Shown: positions 54,125 to 63,354, counted from the stretch's first letter. The stretch: 64,000 nt of DNA from Rhodobiaceae bacterium (GCA_031417195.1 JANOVC010000026.1:23100-87099), one strand, 5' to 3'. Numbers and translations: made by a program. Notes: generated from the letters alone by a model not told the origin.

Positions 54125-54907
54125 ATGATGCGCAAATTTTTTATGGCAGTGCTGTTCGTAGTGCTGACAGCAGGCTTTGTTCCGGCTGAGGCCCTTGCCG
54201 CTGTGAAGCAAGGCAAGGAAGATGTCCTGCTTCTTAAAAAGAAGAAGCAGCTGGCCGAACTGCAGGCGGGTATCAAAAGGAAAAAAATCGAACTTGCCGT
54301 TGCGGCAGCCAAGGCAAGAGCCGCACGGCAGAGGGTGACGCGACTTTCCACACGCCGCACCTGCGGCTCTTTCATGCAGTGTCTGTTTGGCTCATCGCGT
54401 CGTCGCCCTGCCGCGGTCAATGCATCATTGGCAAGCTCTGGCCTCAGCGGAAATTCATTGCGCGAAACGGTTGAATGGAATGAAACCAGATACAAGCCCG
54501 GTTCACTGATTGTGAAAACACCGGAACGTGCGCTGTATTATGTTTTGGCTAACGGAGAAGCTGTACGATATTCGATCGGTGTGGGCCGCGAAGGTTTTCA
54601 GTGGAGCGGGAAGTCCAAGATTGTTGCCAAGTCAGAGTGGCCAACGTGGCGCCCGCCCGCAGAAATGATCAGGCGCGAAGCGGCCAAGGGACATATCCTG
54701 CCGGACATGATGGAAGGCGGGCCGGGAAATCCGCTTGGGGCACGCGCGATGTATATCGGCGGTACCATCTACCGCGTGCACGGCACCAACAATGAAGACT
54801 CCATCGGCGGTGCTGTTTCATCGGGCTGCATCCGCATGATGAATGCCGACGTCATTGACCTCTATGCCCGCGTGAAAGTCGGCTCGCCGATATTCGTTTA
54901 CCAATAA
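54125..54907 (+). CDS. L,D-transpeptidase (ErfK/YbiS type) with basic coiled-coil N-terminus
   Basis: YSIGVGREG, EWPTWRPP, NPLGARA, YRVHGTN, VSSGCIRM. Confidence 0.95.
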   Translation: MMRKFFMAVLFVVLTAGFVPAEALAAVKQGKEDVLLLKKKKQLAELQAGIKRKKIELAVAAAKARAARQRVTRLSTRRTCGSFMQCLFGSSRRRPAAVNASLASSGLSGNSLRETVEWNETRYKPGSLIVKTPERALYYVLANGEAVRYSIGVGREGFQWSGKSKIVAKSEWPTWRPPAEMIRREAAKGHILPDMMEGGPGNPLGARAMYIGGTIYRVHGTNNEDSIGGAVSSGCIRMMNADVIDLYARVKVGSPIFVYQ

Positions 54908-54926
54908 GCGCAATTGCAGAATCCAG

Positions 54927-54954
54927 AAAGGCCGCAGTGTTTTGCGGCCTTTTC
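54927..54954 (+). terminator. Rho-independent terminator after the L,D-transpeptidase gene
   Basis: AAGGCCGCA-N6-TGCGGCCTT followed by TT. Confidence 0.8.
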
Positions 54955-54974
54955 ACTTGAAGATGGTGGTTCAC

Positions 54975-55014
54975 AAAAGAATTGACCCCGAAGGCGATGC
55001 CGTCCGGGGTCCAA
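54975..55014 (-). terminator. Rho-independent terminator after the 30-aa basic microprotein
   Basis: Stem GACCCCG/CGGGGTC followed on the minus strand by TTCTTTT. Confidence 0.7.
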
Positions 55015-55041
55015 TCCTAAAAGTTTATGCTCGAAAAAGAA

Positions 55042-55134
55042 TTAGATCTTCTTCTTTGCAGCAGCCTTCTTCGCTGGTTTCTTTGCAGCAGCCTTTTTAG
55101 CGGGCTTCTTTGCAGCTTTTTTCGCAGCAGCCAT
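55042..55134 (-). CDS. 30-aa Lys/Ala/Pro histone-H1-like microprotein MAAAKKAAKKPAKKAAAKKPAKKAAAKKKI
   Basis: Not in the ORF track. RBS AGGAGAG before ATG 55134, TAA at 55042-55044, own terminator; wobble positions vary among the Ala/Lys codons, as expected for coding DNA. Confidence 0.85.
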   Translation of the reverse strand: MAAAKKAAKKPAKKAAAKKPAKKAAAKKKI

Positions 55135-55669
55135 TTTGTTCTCTCCTAGAGATTAGTTGTTAGTGCCCCACAACGCAGGCTAGTCCATTACACTAACGAT
55201 TCTTCCTACATGTATTCCGTATTCGTAATCGTCATTGGTTGCTTTTCTACCCGTTTGTGTGATTCGGCAATATGCCGTCAACATGTTGTGTATCAACCCA
55301 ACATCCCTAACAATTGGTAAACGATACGGGTGGTTGGTGTATCGTCCGTATACTGAGGGATTTTTTAAAACAGCGATTTACACCATAAAAAGTAGTATTT
55401 TTAAGGCTCCTCCGTGTACAGATGGATTATAGATTTTGAATGTTTTTAGTTGAAAAAGCGGAGTTGAATTTTTTGCCGCCTGGCACCCTGTGGAAAAATA
55501 TTTGAAAATAATTTGCGCTTTGTGCTGATTCAACACAGCTATCAATGCGGTCATCGCGCCTATTGGCACTCTTTCGATCATGGACATAGGGCAAGGCGGA
55601 TAGTGTCATGAGGGGCTGGCCTCGCAGTTCACCATGGCGGAAAAACCAAAGCCGACGTTCGATGCATGG

Positions 55670-56134
55670 TCAGGTGAAAAAAACATCCTTCAATTCGGCT
55701 GGAAAACTTGGTTCCTTGAATATTGCTGCATGGCGGTCTGGTCCATAATAAAAACCAAAATTTACGTTCAGCAAAACGATTGTGTAGGCCTTGTTCGTTT
55801 TGCCGATCAGGTTTTTGCCAAATGGCGCAACATCAACCCGTCCATCCGTTTGCGGAGGCCGCACATCGCTCATCAAGGCCTGAAACCTTTCTATGGACCC
55901 GATTGTTTCCGGTCCACAAACGCCATCGATTGAAATTTCAGGTTCACCAGCTCGGGCACTGCTGAATGTTTCCTTCCAAACCGAATCAACCTTATCTGCA
56001 AGCGACCGCAACAGAAACTGGACCAGCAAAACATCTTTCCTGTGATTCACACATCCCCGCCCAACTGTTGCATCATTGAAATATGCAACGCGGACATACT
56101 GGCTGGGAGTTGACAGAAGTCTTACATGTGGCAT
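55670..56134 (-). CDS. Hypothetical protein with a peptidoglycan-binding-like domain
   Basis: VG.G..N...DV.LVQ.LL...IDG.CG.ETI..I..FQ...DGRVD pattern; AT-richer DNA; start uncertain (56134 or 56155). Confidence 0.6.
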   Translation of the reverse strand: MPHVRLLSTPSQYVRVAYFNDATVGRGCVNHRKDVLLVQFLLRSLADKVDSVWKETFSSARAGEPEISIDGVCGPETIGSIERFQALMSDVRPPQTDGRVDVAPFGKNLIGKTNKAYTIVLLNVNFGFYYGPDRHAAIFKEPSFPAELKDVFFT

Positions 56135-56249
56135 TTTACTACCTGATCGAGACAACTATGCTTTACATTAGCACTGCGGCTCAAATGCCACAAGACAGTG
56201 CGCCCCGCTGGTTGACTATCCGGCTAGGAAAATTGATCTTACCTAACCA

Positions 56250-56284
56250 CTCTCCATGGTCGGGCTTGACCCTGCCACCCAGAC
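56250..56284 (-). repeat. REP-like palindromic repeat, copy 2
   Basis: CTCTCCATGGTCGGGCTTGACCCTGCCACCCAGAC, the reverse complement of the family consensus. Confidence 0.9.
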
Positions 56285-56350
56285 TTAACAGCAAGATTTG
56301 CGCTTGGGTATTGCGAGGAAATTTACCAAACTGACTTTTGTTTCAAAAGA

Positions 56351-56388
56351 GTCTGGGTGGTCGGGTCAAGCCCGACCATGGAGAGAAT
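56351..56388 (+). repeat. REP-like palindromic repeat, copy 3 (inverted pair with copy 2, 66-nt spacer)
   Basis: GTCTGGGTGGTCGGGTCAAGCCCGACCATGGAGAGAAT. Confidence 0.92.
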
Positions 56389-56417
56389 AATGGTTTGATT
56401 TAGTTTGAAATCATAAA

Positions 56418-56439
56418 TGGCCGGAGTTACCTCCGGCCA
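56418..56439. repeat. Perfect hairpin TGGCCGGAG-TTAC-CTCCGGCCA (terminator or related REP variant)
   Basis: 9-4-9 inverted repeat followed by an AT-rich tract. Confidence 0.55.
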
Positions 56440-56494
56440 AATTCTATTTTGGTTTTCCTGACGACTTTCGATTAGGTTTTTGTGTGAGTGCTGA

Positions 56495-56731
56495 TGCCGT
56501 CACCCTGAACTCGCGCAGCAGGAGCGCGAGGAGATCGACGTAATCCAGAGCTATATGCCGAAGCAGTTGTCCGACGATGAGGCGAAGGCGGCAGTTGCTG
56601 CAATCATCGCGGGCTTGGGCGCAACATCAGTCAAAGACATGGGCAAGGTGATGGCCGAGTTGAAAACGAAATATGCGGGTCAGATGGACATGGCCAAGGC
56701 GGGCGGGATTGTGAAGGGGGTGTTGGGGTAG
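56495..56731 (+). pseudogene. 5'-truncated GatB/YqeY-domain gene fragment
   Basis: Hand translation RHPELAQQEREEIDVIQSYMPKQLSDDEAKAAVAAII...KDMGKVMAELKTKYAGQMDMAKAGGIVKGVLG* matches the C-terminal half of YqeY proteins; an in-frame TGA lies at 56492-56494 just upstream. Confidence 0.8.
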
Positions 56732-56762
56732 CTCTCAAAACGCGAGAGAGCTTCACCACCAT

Positions 56763-56794
56763 CTCTCCATGGTCGGGCTTGACCCGACCACCCA
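56763..56794 (-). repeat. REP-like palindromic repeat, copy 4
   Basis: CTCTCCATGGTCGGGCTTGACCCGACCACCCA. Confidence 0.92.
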
Positions 56795-56817
56795 AAGTCT
56801 CCAATAAAATGAATTTT

Positions 56818-57537
56818 TTAATGCAGAAAGTTCTGAAGCCAATCATTTCGCGACTGTGAATAATTTTCACGCGCCAATTTCACTTCGTTCCACGTATCAG
56901 GAAAGAATATATCCAAATTTGTTGATGCTTCACAGGCAAGCGAACCCATTTCGGTCAACATGATTTTTAGCATCTTGTGTTCGATAAAAGGACCGATGAA
57001 AGCGTCGCCATCAGGTTCGTGTCGAAGCAAATAATTTGACTTCATGGTCGGATGACTGGCTAGTTCAGAAAACGCTTTGTATCGTTCTGCTCGTCTCTTC
57101 TGTGTGAAGCCGTCCCGTGCATCTAAAATTATACGCACTTTAGGTGGGCCGAATTTTTTATTGCGCTCGCTATCCTCGGTCAATCTCCAAGTCGATATTG
57201 AACTTTTGTCCGTACTAAACATATCCAAAAGAAACACAGTTTCCAAAATGTCTCTCATAATCAGCGCGCTGTTTTGACTGTAACCAACCATTACCAATTT
57301 GATACTGGCGGCGAAGGCATTAAATATTCGCATGCCAAAGATTTGTATAACCTTCAAATCTTCGTCCTCAGTTTTAAACTGCCGCAGCATATTGGCCATA
57401 TCCATCGTTTGTTGGACGATGTTAATATGTAAAACAAGATCAGCGTCGCTTGTAATCAAATTTAAGGCTTTTTGACGCAATAATTCTTCGCCTTTGTGAA
57501 GGCGCAATAAGTTTTCAAGCGTCATAATTGAATTCAC
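56818..57537 (-). CDS. AT-rich helical hypothetical protein (possible HEPN/DUF5677-like), bracketed by REP copies 4 and 5
   Basis: 239-aa ORF on AT-rich DNA; ALIMRDILETVFLL and RYKAFSELASHP motifs; start may be GTG 57537 or ATG 57525. Confidence 0.7.
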   Translation of the reverse strand: MNSIMTLENLLRLHKGEELLRQKALNLITSDADLVLHINIVQQTMDMANMLRQFKTEDEDLKVIQIFGMRIFNAFAASIKLVMVGYSQNSALIMRDILETVFLLDMFSTDKSSISTWRLTEDSERNKKFGPPKVRIILDARDGFTQKRRAERYKAFSELASHPTMKSNYLLRHEPDGDAFIGPFIEHKMLKIMLTEMGSLACEASTNLDIFFPDTWNEVKLARENYSQSRNDWLQNFLH

Positions 57538-57552
57538 CGTTAGGGAAAAGGA

Positions 57553-57587
57553 GTCTGGGTGGTCGGGTCAAGCCCGACCATTGAGAG
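57553..57587 (+). repeat. REP-like palindromic repeat, copy 5 (inverted pair with copy 4)
   Basis: GTCTGGGTGGTCGGGTCAAGCCCGACCATTGAGAG. Confidence 0.92.
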
Positions 57588-57612
57588 TTGGGGTTTGATT
57601 GGGTCTTAAATT

Positions 57613-57648
57613 AAAAAAATGCCCGCGAAATTTTCACGGGCATTTTTT
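57613..57648 (-). terminator. Rho-independent (potentially bidirectional) terminator after nrdJ
   Basis: AAAAAATGCCCG-N11-CGGGCATTTTTT. Confidence 0.85.
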
Positions 57649-57668
57649 GTTTTATGTTTTAGACGCTA

Positions 57669-60600
57669 TCAAGAACATCCACTCGTTGACCCACACGAGT
57701 TACACTTCAAACATGTGCCGTTGCGCACGAGCGTGTAGTTTCCGCATTCGCCGCAGCTGTCGCCTTCGTAGCCTTGGAGCTTGGCTTTGGCGCGTTGGTC
57801 TTGGGCGTTGAGCGTGGCTGCAGGTGCTGGTTGCTCATAGACGTGTGCGGTTGGGGCTTCGGCAAGCGCGAGGGCACCCACTGACATCGATTCCGCGGCG
57901 CGCATTTGCAGGGCGTGGGCGGGGGATGACGCCGTGGTGGCCGACTGGGGCATGACCACTACGTTCGACAGGTTCTGTTTTCGCACAAAGCCTGACGACA
58001 TGAACTTCTGGGCCGGAACCGATGGCACCTTGGGTTCATCCTCATCAATGCCTTTGCCGAGCGCGTCAAAACCCATTTCGGAGGCTTCAACATGGGCCAG
58101 ATCATTGCGGCCCAGATAGGACACGGCAAGTTCGCGGAACACGTAGTCCAAGATGGACGTGGCATTCTTGATGGACTCGTTGCCCTGCACCATGCCGGCG
58201 GGTTCAAACTTGGTGAAGGTGAAGGCATCGACATATTCTTCCAGCGGCACACCGTATTGCAGGCCCACCGAGATGGAAATGGCGAAGTTGTTCATCATGG
58301 CGCGCAGGGCCGCACCTTCCTTGTGCATGTCGATGAAGATTTCACCGAGCTTGCCGTCGTCATATTCACCAGTGCGGAGATAGACCTTATGGCCACCGAC
58401 CACGGCCTTCTGAGTATAGCCCTTGCGGCGGCCCGGCAGCTTGTCACGGCCACGGGCAATTTCGATCACCTTCTCGACGATGGTTTCGATGCGTTGAACG
58501 ATGGGCTTGGCCATCAGGCCTTCGACCATATCTTCGCCCTCGTCCGCATCATCGGAAATGAGCTGGGTGGAGAGGGGCTGCGAGAGCTTGGAGCCATCGC
58601 GATACAGTGCGTTTGCCTTCACGCCCAACTTCCACGACAGCATGTAGGCTGCGTTACAGTCGGCAACCGTTGCATCATTCGGCATGTTGATGGTTTTGGA
58701 AATGGCACCCGAGATAAAAGGTTGTGATGCCGCCATCATGCGAATGTGGCTGTCCACGCTCAAGTAACGCTTGCCCAGACGACCGCAGGCGTTGGCGCAA
58801 TCGAACACGGGGAGATGCTCGTCCTTCAAGCCGGGAGCGCCTTCCAGCGTCATGGCACCGCAGACATGCAGGTTGGCCTTGTCGATATCGGCCTTAGAGA
58901 AGCCGAGATGGGCCAAGAGATCAAAGCTGTAGTCGCTCAACTGCTCGTCGCTGATTTTCAGCACTGACTTGCAGAAGTCTTCGCCCAGCGTCCACTTGTT
59001 GAACACGAACTTGATATCGAAGGCGGACGCCAGACCGGCTTCAACTTTTTCAATCTGTGTGTCACCCAAGCCCTTGGAGCGGAGCTGGCCATGGTTGAGG
59101 GCAGGGGAATCCTGCAGGGTGCCAAGACCTACCGCGTAGTTGATGATCTTTTCGATCTGGGTTGCATCATAGCGGAGCGTGCGCAGGGCCTCCGGTACGG
59201 CCTGGTTGATGATCTTGAAGTAGCCACCGCCTGCAAGCTTTTTGAACTTCACGAGCGCGAAGTCCGGCTCAATGCCTGTGGTGTCGCAATCCATGACAAG
59301 GCCGATGGTGCCGGTTGGCGCCACAACGGTTGCCTGCGCATTGCGGTAGCCATGGGCCTCACCGAGTTCAACGGCCTTGTCCCAGGCAAGACGTGCATGG
59401 GTAACCAGGTCCTTGTCGAGGCAGGCCGCATCATCCAATGGCACGGGTGCGATGTTCACGCCTTCGTAGCCCACGGCCGCACCATAGGCAGCGCGGCGAT
59501 GGTTGCGCATCACGCGCAGCATGTGGTCGCGGTTCTTGGCAAAGCCAGGGAAGGGGCCAAGCTCCTTGGCCATTTCAGCCGAGGTTGCATAGGATACGCC
59601 GGTCATGATGGCCGACAGTGCACCGCAGATAGCGCGGCCTTCATGGCTGTCATAGGAAATGCCGTTAGTCATCAGAAGCCCACCGATATTGGCAAAGCCC
59701 AAACCGAGGGTGCAATACTCATAGGATTGCTTGGCAATTTCCTTCGATGGGAACTGTGCCATGAGAACGGAGATTTCCAGAACCATGGTCCACAGGCGAA
59801 CGCCGTGCTCGTAAGCGGCCACATCAAACTTTGCGGTGTCCGGATTGCGGAACTGCAACAGGTTCAATGATGCAAGGTTACACGCCGTATCATCGAGGAA
59901 CATATATTCCGAGCAAGGGTTCGATGCGCGGATTTCACCGGATGCGGGGCAGGTGTGCCAGTCATTGATGGTGGTGTGATATTGAATGCCGGGATCGGCT
60001 GACGCCCAAGCGGCTTGGCCAATCTTGTCCCACAGGTCGCGGGCCTGCAACGTCTTGGTGACCTTGTTGGACATGCGGGCATTCAGATTCCATGCGCCAT
60101 CGGTTTCAACGGCGCGCAGGAACTCATCGGTCACACGCACCGAGTTGTTGGAGTTCTGGCCCGACACCGTTCGGTAGGCCTCGCCATCCCAATCGGTGTC
60201 ATAGGCATCAAATTCAAGCTCGGTGTAGCCCTGCTTGGCAAACTGCACCACGCGCTTGATGTAATTGTCCGGCACCATGTTGCGGCGGGCATCTTTCACC
60301 GCGCGCTTGAGGGCAGGATTTTTTTCAATCTCGAAGCAATCATCGCCGGGGCCTTCGCAATTCACGCAGGCCTTCATGATGATGCCGAGATGCTTTTTCA
60401 CAATCTTGGAACCGGTGACGAGAGCTGCAACCTTCTGCTCCTCCTTCACCTTCCAATCGATATATTCCTCGACATCGGGATGATCCACATCAACGACCAC
60501 CATCTTGGCCGCACGTCGCGTGGTGCCGCCGGACTTGATGGCACCCGCTGCACGGTCACCAATTTTCAGGAAGCTCATCAGGCCGGAGGATTTTCCGCCG

Positions 60601-61340
60601 CCGGAGAGTTTTTCGCTTTCGCCGCGCAGGTGCGAAAAGTTTGAACCGGTGCCGGAGCCATATTTGAACAGGCGCGCTTCACGCACCCAGAGATCCATGA
60701 TGCCGCCTTCGTTGACAAGATCGTCAGCCACGCCCTGAATAAAGCAGGCGTGGGGTTGTGGATGCTCATAGGATGACTTGGATTTGGTGAGCTTGCCGGT
60801 TTCAAAATCCACATAGAAGTGACCTTGACCTGGGCCATCAATACCATAAGCCCAGTGCAGGCCGGTGTTGAACCATTGTGGTGAGTTTGGCGCGCACTTT
60901 TGGGTGGCCAGCATGTAGCAGAGTTCATCATAAAAGGCTTGTGCGTCGTCTTCGGTGTTGAAGTAGCCGCCCTTCCAGCCCCAATAGGTCCAGGTGCCGG
61001 CAAGCCGGTTGAACACCTGCTTGGAGCTCATTTCGCCAATGATGCGTTGCTTCTCAGGAATCGCTTCCAACGCGGCGTCATCAGCCACGGAGCGCCACAA
61101 CCATGAGGGAATGCTGTTTTCTTCAATGCGCTTCAACGCAGCGGGAACACCAGCCTTGCGGAAATATTTCTGGGCCAGAATATCAGTCGCAACCTGGCTC
61201 CACGATGCGGGAACCTCGATGTTTTCCAGACGGAAAACAATCGACCCGTCCGGGTTCTTGATTTCGCTGGTCGCCCTGCGGAATTCGATCTCCGCGTAAG
61301 CGTTCTGTCCGGCCTTGGTAAATTTGCGTTCGACTAACAT
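57669..61340 (-). CDS. nrdJ: Class II (vitamin B12-dependent) ribonucleotide reductase
   Basis: [48 protein letters not shown]-terminal CGECG...CNSCG; 1223 aa with no intein-like insert seen. Confidence 0.97.
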   Translation of the reverse strand: MLVERKFTKAGQNAYAEIEFRRATSEIKNPDGSIVFRLENIEVPASWSQVATDILAQKYFRKAGVPAALKRIEENSIPSWLWRSVADDAALEAIPEKQRIIGEMSSKQVFNRLAGTWTYWGWKGGYFNTEDDAQAFYDELCYMLATQKCAPNSPQWFNTGLHWAYGIDGPGQGHFYVDFETGKLTKSKSSYEHPQPHACFIQGVADDLVNEGGIMDLWVREARLFKYGSGTGSNFSHLRGESEKLSGGGKSSGLMSFLKIGDRAAGAIKSGGTTRRAAKMVVVDVDHPDVEEYIDWKVKEEQKVAALVTGSKIVKKHLGIIMKACVNCEGPGDDCFEIEKNPALKRAVKDARRNMVPDNYIKRVVQFAKQGYTELEFDAYDTDWDGEAYRTVSGQNSNNSVRVTDEFLRAVETDGAWNLNARMSNKVTKTLQARDLWDKIGQAAWASADPGIQYHTTINDWHTCPASGEIRASNPCSEYMFLDDTACNLASLNLLQFRNPDTAKFDVAAYEHGVRLWTMVLEISVLMAQFPSKEIAKQSYEYCTLGLGFANIGGLLMTNGISYDSHEGRAICGALSAIMTGVSYATSAEMAKELGPFPGFAKNRDHMLRVMRNHRRAAYGAAVGYEGVNIAPVPLDDAACLDKDLVTHARLAWDKAVELGEAHGYRNAQATVVAPTGTIGLVMDCDTTGIEPDFALVKFKKLAGGGYFKIINQAVPEALRTLRYDATQIEKIINYAVGLGTLQDSPALNHGQLRSKGLGDTQIEKVEAGLASAFDIKFVFNKWTLGEDFCKSVLKISDEQLSDYSFDLLAHLGFSKADIDKANLHVCGAMTLEGAPGLKDEHLPVFDCANACGRLGKRYLSVDSHIRMMAASQPFISGAISKTINMPNDATVADCNAAYMLSWKLGVKANALYRDGSKLSQPLSTQLISDDADEGEDMVEGLMAKPIVQRIETIVEKVIEIARGRDKLPGRRKGYTQKAVVGGHKVYLRTGEYDDGKLGEIFIDMHKEGAALRAMMNNFAISISVGLQYGVPLEEYVDAFTFTKFEPAGMVQGNESIKNATSILDYVFRELAVSYLGRNDLAHVEASEMGFDALGKGIDEDEPKVPSVPAQKFMSSGFVRKQNLSNVVVMPQSATTASSPAHALQMRAAESMSVGALALAEAPTAHVYEQPAPAATLNAQDQRAKAKLQGYEGDSCGECGNYTLVRNGTCLKCNSCGSTSGCS

Positions 61341-61566
61341 TCAGTCCCCTCTTATTCTTCAATTTTCGTTGCCGCGAGCGCACAAACTGACACTCACGGT
61401 GTTGCCTTACCCCGTGTTTGACGACACAATCTTCCCTGGCTGGAAAACACCTATTTCCCAGATTTTCGGCTCTATTTTTGGTTTTTGTACTCTTGGGAAA
61501 CCGATAAGAACTTCCGATTTCCAACCCCACGGCCTTGATCACTAAACTATAACAGACACCCGAATA

Positions 61567-61613
61567 CGTCAATAGCTAGTGTGTTAACAAAACCCTAACG
61601 CTATATGTTGTGT
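61567..61613. promoter_or_regulatory. Tandem NrdR boxes upstream of nrdJ
   Basis: CGTCAATAGCTAGTG (from 61567) and ACGCTATATGTTGTG (from 61598) fit the NrdR consensus acaCwAtATaTwGtg and are 31 bp apart. Confidence 0.8.
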
Positions 61614-61631
61614 CCACAGCTTCCCGCCCTC

Positions 61632-61640
61632 TGTGGATAA
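61632..61640. promoter_or_regulatory. DnaA box (TGTGGATAA)
   Basis: Exact reverse complement of TTATCCACA, next to the NrdR boxes. Confidence 0.6.
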
Positions 61641-61815
61641 CCTGACATTCCACCGATTCTGGGGGCAAGCTCAAGTGTTTCATGGATAAATTGTTATGGT
61701 CCAAGGCTGACCGGTTCGGCAAGCCAGCACAGTCAAGATATTAACGACTGTTTTCAGAAATATATTTTTGTGAAGGTGTGATGACGGATGCATCAGGAAA
61801 AGTTGCAATGGTGAC

Positions 61816-63354
61816 TTAGGTTGCGGTTCGGGAGTCTCGAATCGGACCCATGACCCACAGAACTACGAGGGCCATCGCTGTTACACCACCCAGCATCAGC
61901 CAAGCCTCGTTAATGGCGAGAGTCAGGCTGGCCTGCTGGATGATATCCATGATTCCTATCAGGCCTGAGGGGTCCTCCGGGTCCGGCAGGTCGGTAACGT
62001 TCAATCCAAGTTGCGTTGCTGCTTTGCCGGGGTTGGATTTCAGCAACCCCATGATGGTGTCGGCATGGTCAGACCCACGGCTGAAAACGATTGTATCAAT
62101 GAGGGCAATGCCAATGGCACCGCCGAGATTGCGAGACACGTTAAAGAGACCGCTGGCATCGGCAATGTTCTCACGTGAAACGAAGCCCAGGGCAAAGCGG
62201 ATGGGCGGCAGGATGCAGAGTGCGACGAATGCGCCGCGCACGACCTGCGGCCAGAACATTTCGTTGTAGCCCGTGCCTGTGGTTTGAAAGCCGCTCATGA
62301 ACATCCCCAAGGCGAACGCGGCAAAGCCAATGGCTGAGAGCAGCCGCGCATCAAAGAGGCGGTCAAGCTGGACTGTGAGGGGCGATGTAACCAGTTGGGC
62401 GATGCCCGTCACCAAAATCACCATGCCAATATTGAGAGGCGTCATTCCTTGTACGAAGGCCAGGAATAGCGGCATGAGATAGACTGATCCAAACAGGCTA
62501 AAACCCAAAATGAAACTGAGAATACAGCCAAAAGCCAAATTACGATCGTTCAACAGCCCGAAGGCCACAGCGGGTGACGAACGTTTCAGGGTCAAAACGG
62601 CGCATAGGATGAACAGTGTGAAGAGACCAAGCACGATTGGCGACATCCATCCGTCACTTGGGGCTTGTTTCAAGCCGATCAGAAGGGCCGCAAGACCAGC
62701 GATGATATAAACCAGTGACAGCCAATCCAGCGTTTTGAACAGGCGCAGGCGGGTTTCACCCCTTGGCAACGTGACAATGCCGATGACCAGGGTGAGTACC
62801 CCCGGTGCCACGTTGATGAGAAACAGCCAGTGCCATGAATAGTTTTCGGTAATCCAGCCACCGGTGAGTGGACCGAATGTGGGAGCCAGAACCGCGAGAA
62901 GGCCGCCGATTGTGGTCGCCATGGTTTGATTGAAACCTTTGCCGAACAAAAGAAAAATGGCAGAGAAAACCAGTGGGATAAGTATGCCGCCCGCAAAACC
63001 CTGCAAAACCCGAAATGTAATGAGCGATGCGAAATCATAACTCAGGGCGCAGCCTACGGACGCCAACGTGAATGCGGTGATTGCGCCCGCAAACAACCAT
63101 CTTATGGTGAAAACACGGATCAGTAGTCCGGTGAGTGGAATGGAAATGACTTCTGCGATGAGGTAGGTGGTTTGCACCCAGCTCATGCGGTCCGCACCTA
63201 TTCCCAAGGCCTCTTCAATTACCGACAGGGATGTGACAACCACCTGAATGTCAAGGATTGCCATGAACATGCCAACGCACAGCGTGCCATATCCGAGCCA
63301 GAGGCCAATTGTTGCAGGAGGCGTAAGGGAGGTATCGGCGTGCTGCGTATTCAT
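61816..63354 (-). CDS. DHA2-family MFS efflux permease (EmrB/QacA-like)
   Basis: MFMAILDIQVV, WVQTTYLIAEV, FRVLQGFAGG, APTFGPLTGG, SWHWLFLIN, RNLGGAIG. Confidence 0.95.
   Translation of the reverse strand: MNTQHADTSLTPPATIGLWLGYGTLCVGMFMAILDIQVVVTSLSVIEEALGIGADRMSWVQTTYLIAEVISIPLTGLLIRVFTIRWLFAGAITAFTLASVGCALSYDFASLITFRVLQGFAGGILIPLVFSAIFLLFGKGFNQTMATTIGGLLAVLAPTFGPLTGGWITENYSWHWLFLINVAPGVLTLVIGIVTLPRGETRLRLFKTLDWLSLVYIIAGLAALLIGLKQAPSDGWMSPIVLGLFTLFILCAVLTLKRSSPAVAFGLLNDRNLAFGCILSFILGFSLFGSVYLMPLFLAFVQGMTPLNIGMVILVTGIAQLVTSPLTVQLDRLFDARLLSAIGFAAFALGMFMSGFQTTGTGYNEMFWPQVVRGAFVALCILPPIRFALGFVSRENIADASGLFNVSRNLGGAIGIALIDTIVFSRGSDHADTIMGLLKSNPGKAATQLGLNVTDLPDPEDPSGLIGIMDIIQQASLTLAINEAWLMLGGVTAMALVVLWVMGPIRDSRTAT

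Noticed and set aside
18042-57587. The five ~35-bp repeats as a CRISPR array
   Set aside because: The copies are scattered, alternate in orientation and lack regular unique spacers; no cas genes are present.
56763-57587. Classical integron cassette (attC) interpretation
   Set aside because: No RYYYAAC...GTTRRRY core sites and no integron integrase seen; the repeats are REP-type hairpins.
57669-61566. Intein or intron in nrdJ, or a cobalamin riboswitch upstream
   Set aside because: The ORF is continuous at normal length with no intein or LAGLIDADG motifs, and no B12-box core was recognised in the leader.
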